This document shows positions 13,021 through 26,270 of a stretch of DNA of 33,465 nucleotides, piece after piece. The stretch comes from Chiloscyllium plagiosum (Eukaryota): the NCBI RefSeq assembly GCF_004010195.1, contig NW_025214643.1:4615-38079 (forward strand), read 5' to 3'. The translations under genes and the position numbers were made by a program. Under the pieces are notes generated by a model. The model was not told where the DNA came from, searched no databases, and saw nothing but the letters and a program-made list of their open reading frames with translations. Every line of letters starts with the position of its first letter. Within the stretch, counting starts at the first letter, position 1.

Positions 13021-15790
13021 TACGATAGTGAAGCAGTAGGAGTGAGGTTGTCAGGCTAACAGTGCAGCAATTTGTGTGCGAGTGTCAGGGTGTTAGTGAC
13101 GCAGTAAGTGTTAGGGTGTCAGGCTCTTAGTGATACAGTAAGTGTATGACGATCAGGGTGATAGAGACAGTACGAGTGAGAGGGTCAGGCTGATAGTGAT
13201 GCAGCAGGTGTGTAGGCGTCAGGGTGATTGTATGCAGTAAGTGTGAGGTGGTCAGGATATTCGTGATGCAGTAAGGGTGAGACATCAGGGTGGGAGTGAC
13301 GCAGTAATTGTGATGTGGTCAGTGTGATAGTGACGCAGTACTTCTGAGGGTGTCAGCCTGATAGTGACGCAGAAGATGTGACGGGATCAGGGTGACAGTG
13401 ACGCAGTAAATGTGAGGGGTTCATGTAATAGTGATGTCATAACTGTGAGTGGGTCAGGGTGATAGCGACGCAGTAAATGTGAGGGGATAAGTGTGATCGA
13501 GACCAGTATGTGTGATGCGTTCAGATGATAGTGACGCAGCAAGCGTGTTGAGTCAGGTTGAGAGTTACACAGTATGTGTGATGGGTCAGGCTGAAATTGA
13601 TGCATTAAGTGTGAGTGGGTCTGAGTGTTAGTGACGCAGTAAGTGCGAGGCGTTCAGGTTGATTGTGACAGAGTGTGATGTCTCAGGCTGATGGTGACGC
13701 AGTGTGAGTGAGGGGGTCAGGATGATAGTGACGCAGTAAGTGTGAATGGATTCGGGTGATAGTGATGCACGATGTGTGACTGTGTCGCGCTGATAGCGAT
13801 GCAGTAAGTGTGAGGGTTTAGGCTGATAGTGACGTACTAAGTGTGCGGTGTCAGTGTGATAGTGATACAGTAAGTATGAGGAGTTAGGCTGATGGTGACG
13901 CAGTATTTGTGATGTGTCAGGGTGATAGTGACGCAGTACGTGTGTGGGAGTCATGCTGATAGTGACGCAGTGAGTGGATGCGGGTGATAGTGACTCACTA
14001 AGTGTGAGGGTGACTCGGTGATAGCGACGCTGTAAGTGTGAGGTGCCAGGCTGATAGTGACGCAGTAAGTGTGAGTGGTCAGGGTGATAGTAACGCAGGA
14101 AGTGTGAGTGGTCCAGGGTGATAGTGATGCAGTAAGCGTGAGGGGTCAGGGTGATACTGACGCAGCAAGTGTGAGGGTTTCAGAGAGATAATGATGTATA
14201 AGTGTGAGGCGTCACGCTGATAAAGATGTAGTAAATGTGAGGGGTCAGAGTGATACTGACGCAGAAAGATTGAAAGGTTATCAAGCTGATAGTGATGCAG
14301 TCACTGTGAGGGGTCAAGGAGATAGTGACGCAGTAAGTCTGAGGGTGTGAGGACAATACTGAAACAGTAGGTGTGAGGTCATCAGGCGAATAGTGATGCA
14401 CATGTGTGCCAGTGTCATGTGAGCGGTCAGGGTGATATTGACGCAGTAACTGTGAGGAGGTCAGTGTGATAGTGACAAGTATGCGTGATGCGTTGAGATT
14501 GATCATGACGCAATAAGTGTGATGAGTCAGGCTGACAGTGACGCAGAAAGCTTGAGTGGGACGGGGTGATAGTGAGGCAGTATTTTGAGGGGTCAGAATG
14601 AGAGCGATGTAGTAGGTGTGAGGGGTTCTCGCCATTACTGACGCAGTAGGTGTGAATGGGTCAGTGTGTTAGTGACGCAGTAAGTGTGAGGGGTACATCA
14701 GAGAGTGATGTCGTAAGTCTGAGTGGTTAAGCGTGATAGAGATGCAACATGTGAAAGGGGGAGATCATTCTGATAAAGATTCAGTAAGTGTGAGAGGTCC
14801 GGGTGATACTGACACAGAATGATTGAGAGGATATCAGGCGAATAGTGATTTAGTCACTGTGAGGGGTCAAGGTGAAATTGACGCATTATGAGCGAGGTTG
14901 ACAGAACGAAAGTGAAGCAGTAGGCGTGAGGTTTTCAGGCAAATAGTGACGCAGTATGTGTGCGGGTGTCAGGGAAATAATGATGCAGTAAGTGTTGGAC
15001 GATCAGGGTGATACAGATGCAGAACGATTCAGATGCAGAACGATTGCAGAACGAATGATGCAGTCAGTTTGAGGGGTCAAGCTGATAGTGACATAGTAAG
15101 TGTGACGGTGGCAGTACGATAGTGAAGCAGTAGGAGTGAGGTTGTCAGGCTAATAGTGAGGCAATTTGTGTGCGAATGTCAGGGGGCTAGTGACGCAGTA
15201 AGTGTGTGACGATCATGGTGATATAAACAGTAAGAGTGAGAGGGTCAGGCTGATAGTGATGCAGTAGGTGTTTAGGCGTCAGGGTGATAGTATGCAGTAA
15301 GTGTGAGGTGGTCAGGATATTAGTGATGCAGTAAGGGTGAGACATCAGGGTGGGTGTGGCGCAGTAATTGTGAGGTGGTCAGTGTGATAGTGACGCAGTA
15401 CGTCTGAGGGTGGCAGGCTGATAGTGACGCAGAAAGTGTGAGGTGGTCAGTATGATAGTGACGCAGAAGGTGTGAGGGGATCAGGGTGATAGTGACGTAG
15501 TAAATGTGAGAGATTCATTTAATAGTGATGTCGTAACTGTGAGTGGGTCAGGGTGATAGCGACGCAGTAAGTGTGAGGGGATCAGTGTGATCGTGACCAG
15601 TATGTGTGATGCGTTCAGATTGATAGTGACGTAGTAAGCGTGATGAGTCAGGCTGAGAGTTACACAGTATGTGTGATGAGTCAGGCTGAAATTGACGCAT
15701 TAAGTGTGAGTGGGCCTGGGTGATAGTGACGCAGTAAGTGCGAGACGTTCAGGTTGATAGCGACGAAGGAGGAGTGGCATGTCAGGCTCA
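13021..15790. repeat. Higher-order duplication, 13021-~13690 similar to 15115-~15790 (offset ~2.09 kb)
   Basis: TACGATAGTGAAGCAGTAGGAGTGAGGTTGTCAGGCTAA is identical at 13021 and ~15115, and downstream variants (GAGACATCAGGGTGGG, GACCAGTATGTGTGATGCGTTCAGAT, GCTGAAATTGA) are colinear. Confidence 0.8.
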
Positions 15791-17599
15791 TTGTGACGGG
15801 GTATGTGTGACGGGGTCAGGCTGATAGTGACGCAGTTTGTATAATGGCGTCAGGCTGATAGTGATGCAGTAAGTCTCAGGGGACAGGGTGACAGTGACGT
15901 AGTGGTTGTGAGGGTTCAGGTAAAGAGTGACCCAGTTAGTGTGAGGGTGTCAGGCTGATAGTGACACAGTAAGTCTGAGGGATTTGGCTGAAAATGATGC
16001 TGTGAGCGTGTGGGCTCTTTGGTGATGGTGACACATTAGGTGTGATTGTGTCAGGATGATACTGAGTTTGTAAATGTTATGCGTCAGGGTGACAGTGACG
16101 CAGTAATTGTGAGTTATTCAGTGTGATAGTGAATCAGTGAATCTGAGGGGGTCAGTCTGATAGTGGCGCAGAATGTGTGCAGGGGTCACAGTGACAGTGA
16201 CGCAGTAAGTGTGAGTGGGTCAGGGTGATATTGACACAGGAAGTGTGAGGGGGTCAGGGTGGTAGTGACCATTAAGTGTGAGGCGTTCAGATTGATCATG
16301 ACACACTAAGTGTGATGTCTCAGGCTGATAGTGACACAATCTGTGTGAGTGGGTCAGGGTGATAGTGGCGCAGTAAATGTGAGGTGTTCAGGCTCAGATC
16401 AACGCAGTAAAAGTGATAGGGTCAGAGTGATACCGATGCAGAAATTGTGAGGGGGCGGCTGATAGTGACTCAGTAAATGTGATGTCTCGGCATAATAGTG
16501 ACGCAGCATGTGTGAGGGTGGTCACGCTGATACAGCCGCAGTAAGTGTGAGGTGTCAGAGTGATACAGCACAGTAATTGTGAAGGGTTCAAAGTGATACT
16601 GACTCAGTAAGTGTGAGGTGGTCAGTCTGATAGTCACGCAGTAAGTGCGAAGGTATCAGGCTGATAGTGATGCAGTAGGGGTGATGGCGTAAGGGTGATA
16701 GTGACGCAGTAAGTGTGATGTCTCAGGCTGATGTTGACGCAGTATGAGTGTGGGGTCAGGGTGACAGTGACGCAGTAATTGTGACAGAGTCCAGCTACTA
16801 GTGACGTAGTAAGTATGAGTGGGTCAGGGTGATAGTGATTCACTAAGTGTGAGCGTGTCTATCTGATAGTGACACTGTAAGTGTGAGGTGTCAGGGTGAT
16901 TGGGACGCAGTAATTGTGAGGGGGTCAGGCTGATAGTGAGGCAGTCAGTGTGAGGAGAAAGTATGATAGTGATGCAGTACGTGTGATGTGTTCAGGCTCA
17001 TAGTGATGCAGTGACTGTGACGGGGTCAGAGTGAGAGTGACGCAGTAACTGTGAGGTGTACTGATAATGACCCAATAAGTGTGATGCATCAGCGTGATAG
17101 TGACGCACCTTATGTGAGGGGGTCATGTGGATACTGATGCAATAAGTAAGAGGGCTTCAAAGTAATAGTGGTGCAGTGAGTGTGATGTGCTCAGGCTAAT
17201 AGACAGGCAGTAAGTGTGAGGGTATCAGTCTGATATTGATGCAGAAATTATGAGGGCTTCAGGGTGACACAGATGCAGAATGTTTGACAGGGTATCAGGC
17301 AAATATGGACGCGGTATGTGTGCGTGTGTCAGGGTGATAGTGACGCAGTAAGTGTGCGGGCGTCAGGATAATAGTGATGCAGTAAGTGCGAGGTGGTCAA
17401 AATATTACTGATGCAGTAAGGGTGAGACGTCAGGGTGATACTGATGCAGTATATGTGAGGTGGCCAGTGTGATAGTGACACAGTACATCTGAGAGGATCA
17501 AGATGATAGTGAGGCAGAAAGTGTGAGGGGATCAACGTGATAGTGACGCAAAAAATATGAGGGGTCCAGCTAATGGTGATGTCGTAATTGTGAGTGGGT

Positions 17600-18160
17600 C
17601 AGGGTGATAATGACGCAGTAACTGTGAGGGCGTCAGTGTGATAGTGACCAGTATGTGTGGTGCATTCAGATTGATACTGATGCAACAGGTGTGATGAGTC
17701 AGTCTAAAAGTGACGTAGTATGCCTGAGGGGGTCAAGATGAAGGTGACGCAGTAAGTGCGAGGAGGACAGGGTGATATTGACGCAGTAGTTGTGAGGGAT
17801 CAGGGTAACAGTGCCGGTAAGTGTGAGGGTGTCCAGCTAAGAGTGATGCAGTATGTGTGACAGGGTCCAGCTAATAGTGACGCAATAGATGTGAGTGGCC
17901 CAGAGTAATAGTGACGCAGTAAATGTGAGGGGGTCAGTGTCAGAGTGATCAGTATATGTGATGTGTTCAGATTGATAGTGACGCAACAGGTGTGATGAAT
18001 CAGGCTGACAGTGATGTCGTAGGTCTGAGGGGATCAGGATGAAGGTGACGCAGTAAGTGCGGGGAGGACAGGGTGATATTGACGCAGTAGTTGTGAGGGA
18101 TCAGGGTAACAGTGCCGGTAAGTGTGAGGGTGTCCAGCTAAGAGTGACGCAGTAAGTGTG
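17600..18160. repeat. Tandem higher-order duplication, period ~301 bp (9 monomers)
   Basis: GGAGGACAGGGTGATATTGACGCAGTAGTTGTGAGGGATCAGGGTAACAGTGCCGGTAAGTGTGAGGGTGTCCAGCTAAGAGTGA is present at ~17762 and ~18063. Confidence 0.85.
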
Positions 18161-18840
18161 AGTGGGTCAGGGTGATAGTGACGCAGTAAATGTGAGGGTA
18201 TCCAGCTAATTGTTACGCAGTAAGTGTGAGTGCGTTAGGGTGATAGTCATGCAGTAAGTGTGAGGTGGTCAGGATATGAGCAACGCAGTAAGGGTGAGAC
18301 ATCAGGATGGTAGTGACCCATTAATTGTGAGGTGATCAGTGTGATGGTGACCCAGTACGTCTGAGGGTGTCAGGCTGATAGTGATGCAGAAAGTCTGAGA
18401 GGATCAAGGTGATAGCTAATAGTAATGTCGTAATTGTGAGTTGGTCAGGGTGATAGTGACGCAGTACCTGTGAGGGGGTCAGCGTGATAGTGATGCATAT
18501 GTGCGATGCGTGCAGATTGATAGCAACCCAGCAGGGGTGATGAGTCAGGCTGACAGTGACATAGTATGTCTGAGGGGGTCAGGTTGAAAGTGACGCAGTA
18601 AGTGTGAGGGGGACAGGGTGATAGTGATGCAGTAGTAGTGAGGCGTCAGGGTGACAGTGACGCAGAAAGCGTCAGAGTGATAGTGATGCAGCATATGTGA
18701 GGGGTCATTCTGATAGTGATGCAGTAAGTGTGAGGGGTCAGGGTGACAGGGATGCAGTAAATGGGTGGGGTTCAGAGTGATCGTGAAGCAGTAAGTGTGA
18801 AGTTGTCAGGCTGATAGTGTTGCAGTAAGTATGAGGGGTT

Positions 18841-19270
18841 CAGGGTTATACTGACACAGAATGTTTTGAGAGGGTATCAGGCTGATAGCCATGCCGTCAG
18901 TGAGACGGGTCAAGGTGATAGTGACACAGTAAGTGTGAGGGTGTCAGGACGATAGTGAAGCAGTAGGTGTGAGGTAATCAGGCGAATAGTGAAGTAGTTT
19001 GTGTGCGGGTGTCAGGAAGATAATGACGCAGTAAGTGTGAGGGCATCAGGCTCTTCGAGATTCAGTAAGTGTTAGACAATCAGGATGATACTGATGCAGA
19101 AATTTTGAGAGGGTATCAGGCTGATAGCCATGAAGTCAGTGAGACGGGTCAAGGTGATATTGATGCAGTAAGTGTGAGGGTTTCGGAACGATCTTGAAGG
19201 AGCAGGTGTGAGGTTGTCAGGCAAATAGTGACACAGTTTGTGTGCGAGTATCAGGGTGATAGTCATGCAG
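18841..19270. repeat. Tandem higher-order duplication, period ~239 bp (7 monomers)
   Basis: GAGAGGGTATCAGGCTGATAGCCATG..GTCAGTGAGACGGGTCAAGGTGATA is present at 18868 and 19107. Confidence 0.8.
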
Positions 19271-22200
19271 TGTGTGACGATCAGTATGATAGTGACACAG
19301 CAATAGCGATATGGTCAGGCTGATAGTGACGCAGTAAGTGTGTGGGTGTCATGAAGATAGTGATGCAGTAAGTGTGAGGAAGTGAGAATATTAGTGATGC
19401 AGTAAGTGTGAGACGTCAGGGTGATAGTGACGCAGTAATTGTGAGGTGGTCATTGTGATAGTAACGCATTATGTGTGAGGGGGTCAGGCTGATAGTGACG
19501 CAGACAGTATGACGGGCTCAGTATGATAATGAAGCATTAAGTGTCATGGCGTCACGTTGATAGTGACGCAGTAGGGGAGATGATATAAACGTGATAGTTT
19601 TGCAGTAAATGTTAACTGGTCCTGGTGATAGCGACGCTGTAAGTGCGAGGCGTTCAGGTTGATAGTAATGGGGTATGTGTGACTGGGTCAGGCTGATAGA
19701 GACGCAGTGTGTTTGAGGGTGTCAGACTGATAGTGCAGCATTAAGAGTGAGTTTGTCCGGGTGATAGTGATGCGGTAAATGTGAGGGTGTCAGTCTGATA
19801 ATGACACAGTACGCTGAGGAGTTTGGGTGAAAATGAAGCAGTAAGCGTGTGGGCATGATGGTGATAGTAACGCAGTAATTGTGATGTTTTCAGGATGATA
19901 GTGACTCAGTGATTCTGAGGGTGTCAGGTTGATAGTGGCTCAGAAAGTGTGAGGTGTTCAGGTCGATAGTGACGCAGCATGTGCGAAGGGGTCACGCTGA
20001 TACAAACGCAGGACGTGTGAGGGGTAATAGTGATAGGGACACAGTGAGTGGAAGGCGTTCAAAGTGATAGTGATGCGTAAGTGTGCGGTGGTCAGGCTCA
20101 TAGTCACGGAGTAAATGTGAGGGTGTCACAGTGATGCAGTAGGGGTGATGGCCTAAGGGTTATAGAGTCGCAGTAAGTGTGAGTGGGTCTGGGTGATAGT
20201 GACGTAGAAAGTGTGACGTCTTAGGCTGATGGTGACGCAGTATGCATGAGGGGGTCAGGATGAAAGTGACACAGAAAGTGTGAGGGAGTCCAGCTAATAG
20301 TGATGCAGTAAGGATGAGTGAGTCATGGTGATAGTGACGCAATATGTGTGAGGGTGTCTCGCTTATAGTGACACCGTAAGTGTGAGGGATCATGCAGATT
20401 GGGATGCAGTAAGTGTGAGGGGGTCATCATGATAGTGACGCAGTCTGTGTGATGGGTCCAACAAAAAGTGATGTCGTATGTGTCACTGGCTCGGCGTGAT
20501 AGTGGTGCAGCATGTGTGAGGGGGGTTTTGCTGATAGAGGTGCAGTCAGTGTGAGGGGTCAAGGTGATAGGGACACAGTAAAGTCGTGTGCTTCAGAGTG
20601 ATAGTGACGCAGTAAGTGTGAAGGTGTCCGGCTCATAGTGATGCAGTAAATATGAGGGGTTCCAAGTGATACTGACCGAGAAAGTGTCAGACTGTGTCAT
20701 TCTGATAGTGACGCAGTAAGTGTGAGGGTGTCAGGCTGATAGTGCAGCAGTAAGAGTGAGGTTCTCTGGGTGATAGTGATGCGGTAAGTGTGAGGGCGTT
20801 AGGCTGATAGTGATGCAGTAAGTCTTGGGGACAGGGTGACAGTGACGCAGTAGTTGCGAGGGTTCAGGTTAAGAGTGACGTAGTGTCAGGGTGATAGTGT
20901 CACAGAGAGTCTGAGTGGTTTGGCTGAAAATGATGCAGAGAGCATGTGAGCGTGATGGTGATAATGACGCAATAAGTGTTCGGGTGTCAGGCTGATAGTG
21001 ATGCAGTCGGTGTAATGGCGTAAGGGTGATAGTGACGCAGTAATTGTGAGTGGGTCAGGGCACCAGTGACACAGTAGTGTGCGGGGGTCCAGCTAATAGT
21101 GACGCAGTAAGTGTGGGAGTGTCTGGCTGATAGTGACACTGTACGTGTGAGGGTTCAGGTAGATTGGGACGCAATAACTGTGAGGGGGACAGTCTGATCG
21201 TGACACAGTCAGCGTGAGTGAGACAGCAAAAGGTAATGTCGAATGTGTGAGTGGCTCAGCCTGAGAGTGATGCAGCATGTGTGGTGGTCATGCTGATAGC
21301 GATGCAGTAAGTGTGAGGGGTCAGTGTGATAGGGACGCAGTAAGTTCGTGGGTTTCAGAGTGATAGTGACGCAGTAAGTGTGAAGGTGTCAGGCTGATAG
21401 TAATACAGTAAGTATGAGTGATTCAGGGTGATGCTGACGCAGAAAGTTTGAGACGGTATCTGGCAGATAATGACGTAATAAGGGTGAGGTGTCAAGGTGA
21501 TAGTGACGCAGTAAGTGTGAGTGTGTCAGGCTGATAGTGATGCAGTAAGTATGAGGGGTTCATATTGATACTGACGCAGGATGTTTAACACGGTAACAGG
21601 CTGATAATGATGCAGCCACTGTGAGGGTTCAAGGTGATGCAGCAAGTGTGAGGGTGTCAGGACAAGAGTGAAGCAGTGCGTGTGAGGTTTCTAGTCGAAT
21701 AGTGACGCGGTTTGTGTGCGGGTGTCAGGTGATAATGATGAAGTAAGTGTGAGGGCGTCAGGCTCTTCTTGATACAGTAAGTGTTAGACGATCAGGGTGA
21801 CACTGACGCAGAAAGTGTGCGAGGATATCAGGCTGATAGTGATGCCGTCAGTGTGAGGGGTCAAAGTGATAGTGACGCAGTAAGTGCGAGGGTGTCAGGA
21901 CGAAAGTGAATCAGTAGATGTGAGGTTATCAGGGTAAGAATGACGCAGTATGTGGGCGAGTGTCTGGGTGAGAGTGACGCAGTAAGTGTGACGGCTTCAG
22001 GCTGTTTGTGATGCATTAAGAGCGAGACGATCAGGGAGATAGTGATGTAGTAAGTGTGAAGTAGTCAGGCTATTTGTGATGCAGTAAAGGTGAGACGTCA
22101 GGGTGATAGTGACGCAGTAATTGTGATGGCGTCAGTGTGATAGTGACGCAGTAAGTCTGAGGGCGTCAGGCTTTAGTGACACAGAAATTGTGAGGGCATG

Positions 22201-24944
22201 AAGGTGGTAGTGAGGCAGTAAATGTGAGGGGTCCAGCTAATAATGATGTCGTAAGTGTGAGTCGGTCAGGGTGGTAGTGTTGCCGTAACTGTGAAGGGGT
22301 CAGTGTGATAGTGACCAGTATGCGTTCAGATTGACAGTGATGCAGCAAGTGTGATGAGTCAGGCTGACAGTGATGTAGTATATGTGAGAGGGTCAGGCGA
22401 AGAGTGACGCAGTAAGTGTGATGGGGTCAGGGTGATAGTGGAGCATTAAGTGTGAGTGGGTCAGGCTGATAGTGACACAGTAGGGGTGATTGCATAAGGG
22501 TGATAGTGAATCAGTAAGTGTGAGGCGAGTTTGATAGTGACAGAGGAAGTGAGATGGCTCAGGCTGATGGTGACGTAGTATGAGTGAGGGGGTCAGGGTG
22601 ACAGTGACGCAGTAAGAGTGAAGGAGTCCAGCTAATAATGATGCAGTGTGAGTGGGTCCGGGTGATAGTGACGCAATAATTGTGAGGGTGTCTCGCTGAA
22701 AGCGACACTGTAAGTGTGTGGGGTCAGACTGATAGTGACGCAGAAAATGTGAGGAGTCAGTGTGATAGAGGTTCAGTAAGTATGAGGAGTTAGGCTGTTA
22801 GTGACCCAGTATTTGTGAAGAGTCACGGTGATAGTGATGCAGTTTGCGTGTGGGCATCAGGCTGATAGTGACGCAGTAATTGTGAAGTGTTCAGGCACAC
22901 AGTAATGCAGTAATTGTGACGTGCTCAGAGTGCAAGTGACGCAGTAATTGTGAGGGGGTCGGCTGATAGTGACGCAGTTAGTGTAATGTGTCTGCATGAT
23001 AGTTAAGCAGCATATGTCGGGGGTCATGCTGATACAGCCGCAGTAAATGTGAGGGGTCAGGGTGACAGGGGTGCAGTAAGTGGGAAGGGTTCAAAGTGAT
23101 AGTGGCGCAGTACGTGTGAGGTGGACAGACTGATAGTCACGCAGTAAATGTGAGTGTGTCAGACTGATAGTGATGCAGCAAGTATGAGGAATTCATGGTA
23201 ACACTGACGCAGAAAGGTTATCCGGCTAATAATGACGCAGTTTGTGTGCGAGTGTCAGGGTGATAGTGACGCAGAAAGTGTGAGGACGTCAGGCTCTTAG
23301 TGATGCAGTAAGTGTCAGACGATCAGGGTGGTAGTGCCGTTGTAAGAACGAGATAGTCAGGCTGACAGTGATGCAGAAAGTGTGTGCTCCAGTTAATAGT
23401 GACGCAATAGGTCTGAGTGGGTCAGGGTTATAGTGCGGCAATAACTGTGAGGGGGTCCAGCTAATAGTGAAAGAGTAATTGTGAGGTGATTCGGGTGACA
23501 GTGATGTGAAAAGTGTGAGCGGATCAGTTTGATATTAACGCAGTATGTGTGGGAGGTCCAGCAAAAAGTGATGTCGCAAGTATGAGTCGCTCAGCGTGGT
23601 AGAGATGCAGCATGTGTGAGGAGGGTCATGCTGATGGAGGTGCAGTAAGTGTGAGCGCTTCAGGGTGATACTGACGCATAAAGTTTGAGAGGGTATCAGG
23701 CTGATAGTGACGCAGTCAGTGTGAGGGTCTCAGGACGATCGTGAAGCAGTATATGTGAGTTTGTCAGGTTAAGAAAGATGCAGTTTGCGTGCAGGTATTA
23801 TGGTGATAATGACGCAGTAGGTGTGTGACGATCAGCGTAATAGGGACACATTAAAAGTGAAAGGTTCAGGCTGATAGTGACGCAGTAGGTGTGCGGGTGT
23901 CAGGGGATAGTGATGCAGTAAGTGTGAGGAGGTCAGGATATTAGTGATGCAGTAAGGGTGAAACGTCAAGGTGATTGTGACGCAGTAATTGTGAGGTGGT
24001 CAGTGTGATAGTAACGCATTATATGCGAGGGGCTCAAGCTAATAGTGCGCAGAAAGTGTGAGGGCTCAGGGTAATAATGAAACATTAAGTGTCAGGGGTC
24101 AGGCTGATAGTTACGCCGTAGGGGTGATGGCTTAAGTGTGATAGTGTCGCAGTAAGTGTGAGTGGGACTAGGTGATATTGACGCAGTAAGTGCGAAGCGT
24201 TCAGGTTGATAGCGACAGAAGAGATGTGATGTGTCAGGCTGAGGGTGACGTAGTATGTGTGAGGGGGTCAGACTGATAATGATGTAGTGTGTGTGACGGT
24301 GTGATTCTGATAGTGCGATAATAAGCGTGAGGTTGTCCGGGTGAAAGTGATGCGGTAAGTGTGAGGGTGTCAGGCTGAGAGTGACGCAGTAAGTCTAAGG
24401 GGACAGGGTGATAATGATGCAGCAGTTGTGGGGGTTCAGGTTAAAAGTGACATAGTTAGTGTTAGGGTTTCAGGCTAATAATGACTCAATAAAGCTGAGG
24501 GCTTGGCTGAAAATGATGCAGTAAACGTGTGGGTGTGATGGTGATAGTGATGCAGTAAGTGTGATGGTGTCAAGATGATAGTGGCGCAGTAAGTGTAAGG
24601 CATCAGGGTGATAGTTACGAAGTAATTGTGAGGTTGTCAGGGTGATCGTGACTCAGTGAATCTGAGGGGATCAGGCTGATAGTGGCACTGAAAGTGTGGG
24701 ATTGCCATGGTGACAGTGAAACAGTAAGTGTAAGGGAGCCTTGCCTATAGTGACGCAGTAAGTGTGAGGGGGTCAGCATGCTAGTGACGCACTAAGTGGA
24801 AGGGGGTCATGGTGGTAGTGAACAGTAATTGTGAAGTGTCAGATTGATCGTGATGAAGTAAGTGTGATGTCTTCGGCTGATGGTGAAGCAGTATGAGTGA
24901 GGGAGTCAGGGTGGCAGTGACTCAGTAAGTGTGAGTGGGTCAGG

Positions 24945-25372
24945 GTGATAGTGACGCAATAAGTGTGAGGTGTAGAAGCTCATAGTGACGCAGTAATTGT
25001 GATAGGGCGGCTGATAGTGACTCAGTAAGTGTGATGGGTCAGCGTGATAGTGACACAGTGAGTGTGAGGTGGACAAGCTGATACAGGTACAGTCGGTGTG
25101 AGGGGTCAGAGAGATAGTGACACAGTGTGTGCGAGGTGTTCAAAGTGATAGTGACGCAATAAGTGTGAGGTGTAGAAGCTCATAGTGACGCAGTAATTGT
25201 GATAGGGCGGCTGATAGTGACTCAGTAAGTGTGATGGGTCAGCGTGATAGTGACACAGTGAGTGTGAGGTGGACAAGCTGATACAGGTACAGTCGGTGTG
25301 AGGGGTCAGAGAGATAGTGACACAGTGTGTGCGAGGTGTTCAAAGTGATAGTGACGCAATAAGTGTGAGGTG
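24945..25372. repeat. Perfect 200 bp tandem duplication (6 monomers)
   Basis: 24945-25172 reads identical to 25145-25372. The unit is bounded by the 28 bp sequence GTGATAGTGACGCAATAAGTGTGAGGTG. Confidence 0.92.
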
Positions 25373-25607
25373 GTCAGTCTACTAGTCATGCAGTAAGTGT
25401 GAGGGTGTCAGGCTGATAGTGATGCAGTAGGTGTGATGGCGTAAGTGTGATAGTGTCGCAATAAGTCTCAGTGGGTCTGGGTGAAAGTGACGCAGCAAGT
25501 GCGAGGCGTTCAGGTTGATATTGTTGGAGGAAGTGTGATGTGTCAGGCTGATAGTGACGGAGTATGTATGACGGGGTCAGACTGACACTGACGCAGCAGT
25601 TGTTAGC

Positions 25608-25840
25608 TTTAGATTAGATTGCTGACAGTGTGGAAACAGGCCCTTCGGCCGAACAAGTCCACACCGCCCCGCCGAAGCGCAACCCACCCATACCCCTACA
25701 TTTACCCCTTACCTAACACTACGGGCAATTTAGCGTGGCCAATTTAGCTGACCTGCACATCTTTGGACTGTGGGAGGAAACCGGAGCACCCGGAGGAAAC
25801 CCACGCTGACACGGGGAGAAAGTGCAAACTCCACACAGTC
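25608..25840 (-). mobile_element. HE1/V-SINE-like SINE, duplicate copy lacking the tRNA head
   Basis: Near-identical to 27323-27554 with the same left flank (ACTGACACTGACGCAG.AGTTGTTAGC). It stops abruptly at CTCCACACAGTC. Confidence 0.93.
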
Positions 25841-26270
25841 ATGGTGTCAAGATGATAGTGGCGCAGTAAGTGTAAGGCATCAGGGTGATAGTTACGAAGT
25901 AATTGTGAGGTTGTCAGGGTGATCGTGACTCAGTGAATCTGAGGGGATCAGGCTGATAGTGGCACTGAAAGTGTGGGATTGCCATGGTGACAGTGAAACA
26001 GTAAGTGTAAGGGAGCCTTGCCTATAGTGACGCAGTAAGTGTGAGGGGGTCAGGATGCTAGTGACGCACTAAGTGGAAGGGGGTCATGGTGGTAGTGAAC
26101 AGTAATTGTGAAGTGTCAGATTGATCGTGATGAAGTAAGTGTGATGTCTTCGGCTGATGGTGAAGCAGTATGAGTGAGGGAGTCAGGGTGGCAGTGACTC
26201 AGTAAGTGTGAGTGGGTCAGGGTGATAGTGACGCAATAAGTGTGAGGTGGTCAGTCTACTAGTCATGCAG

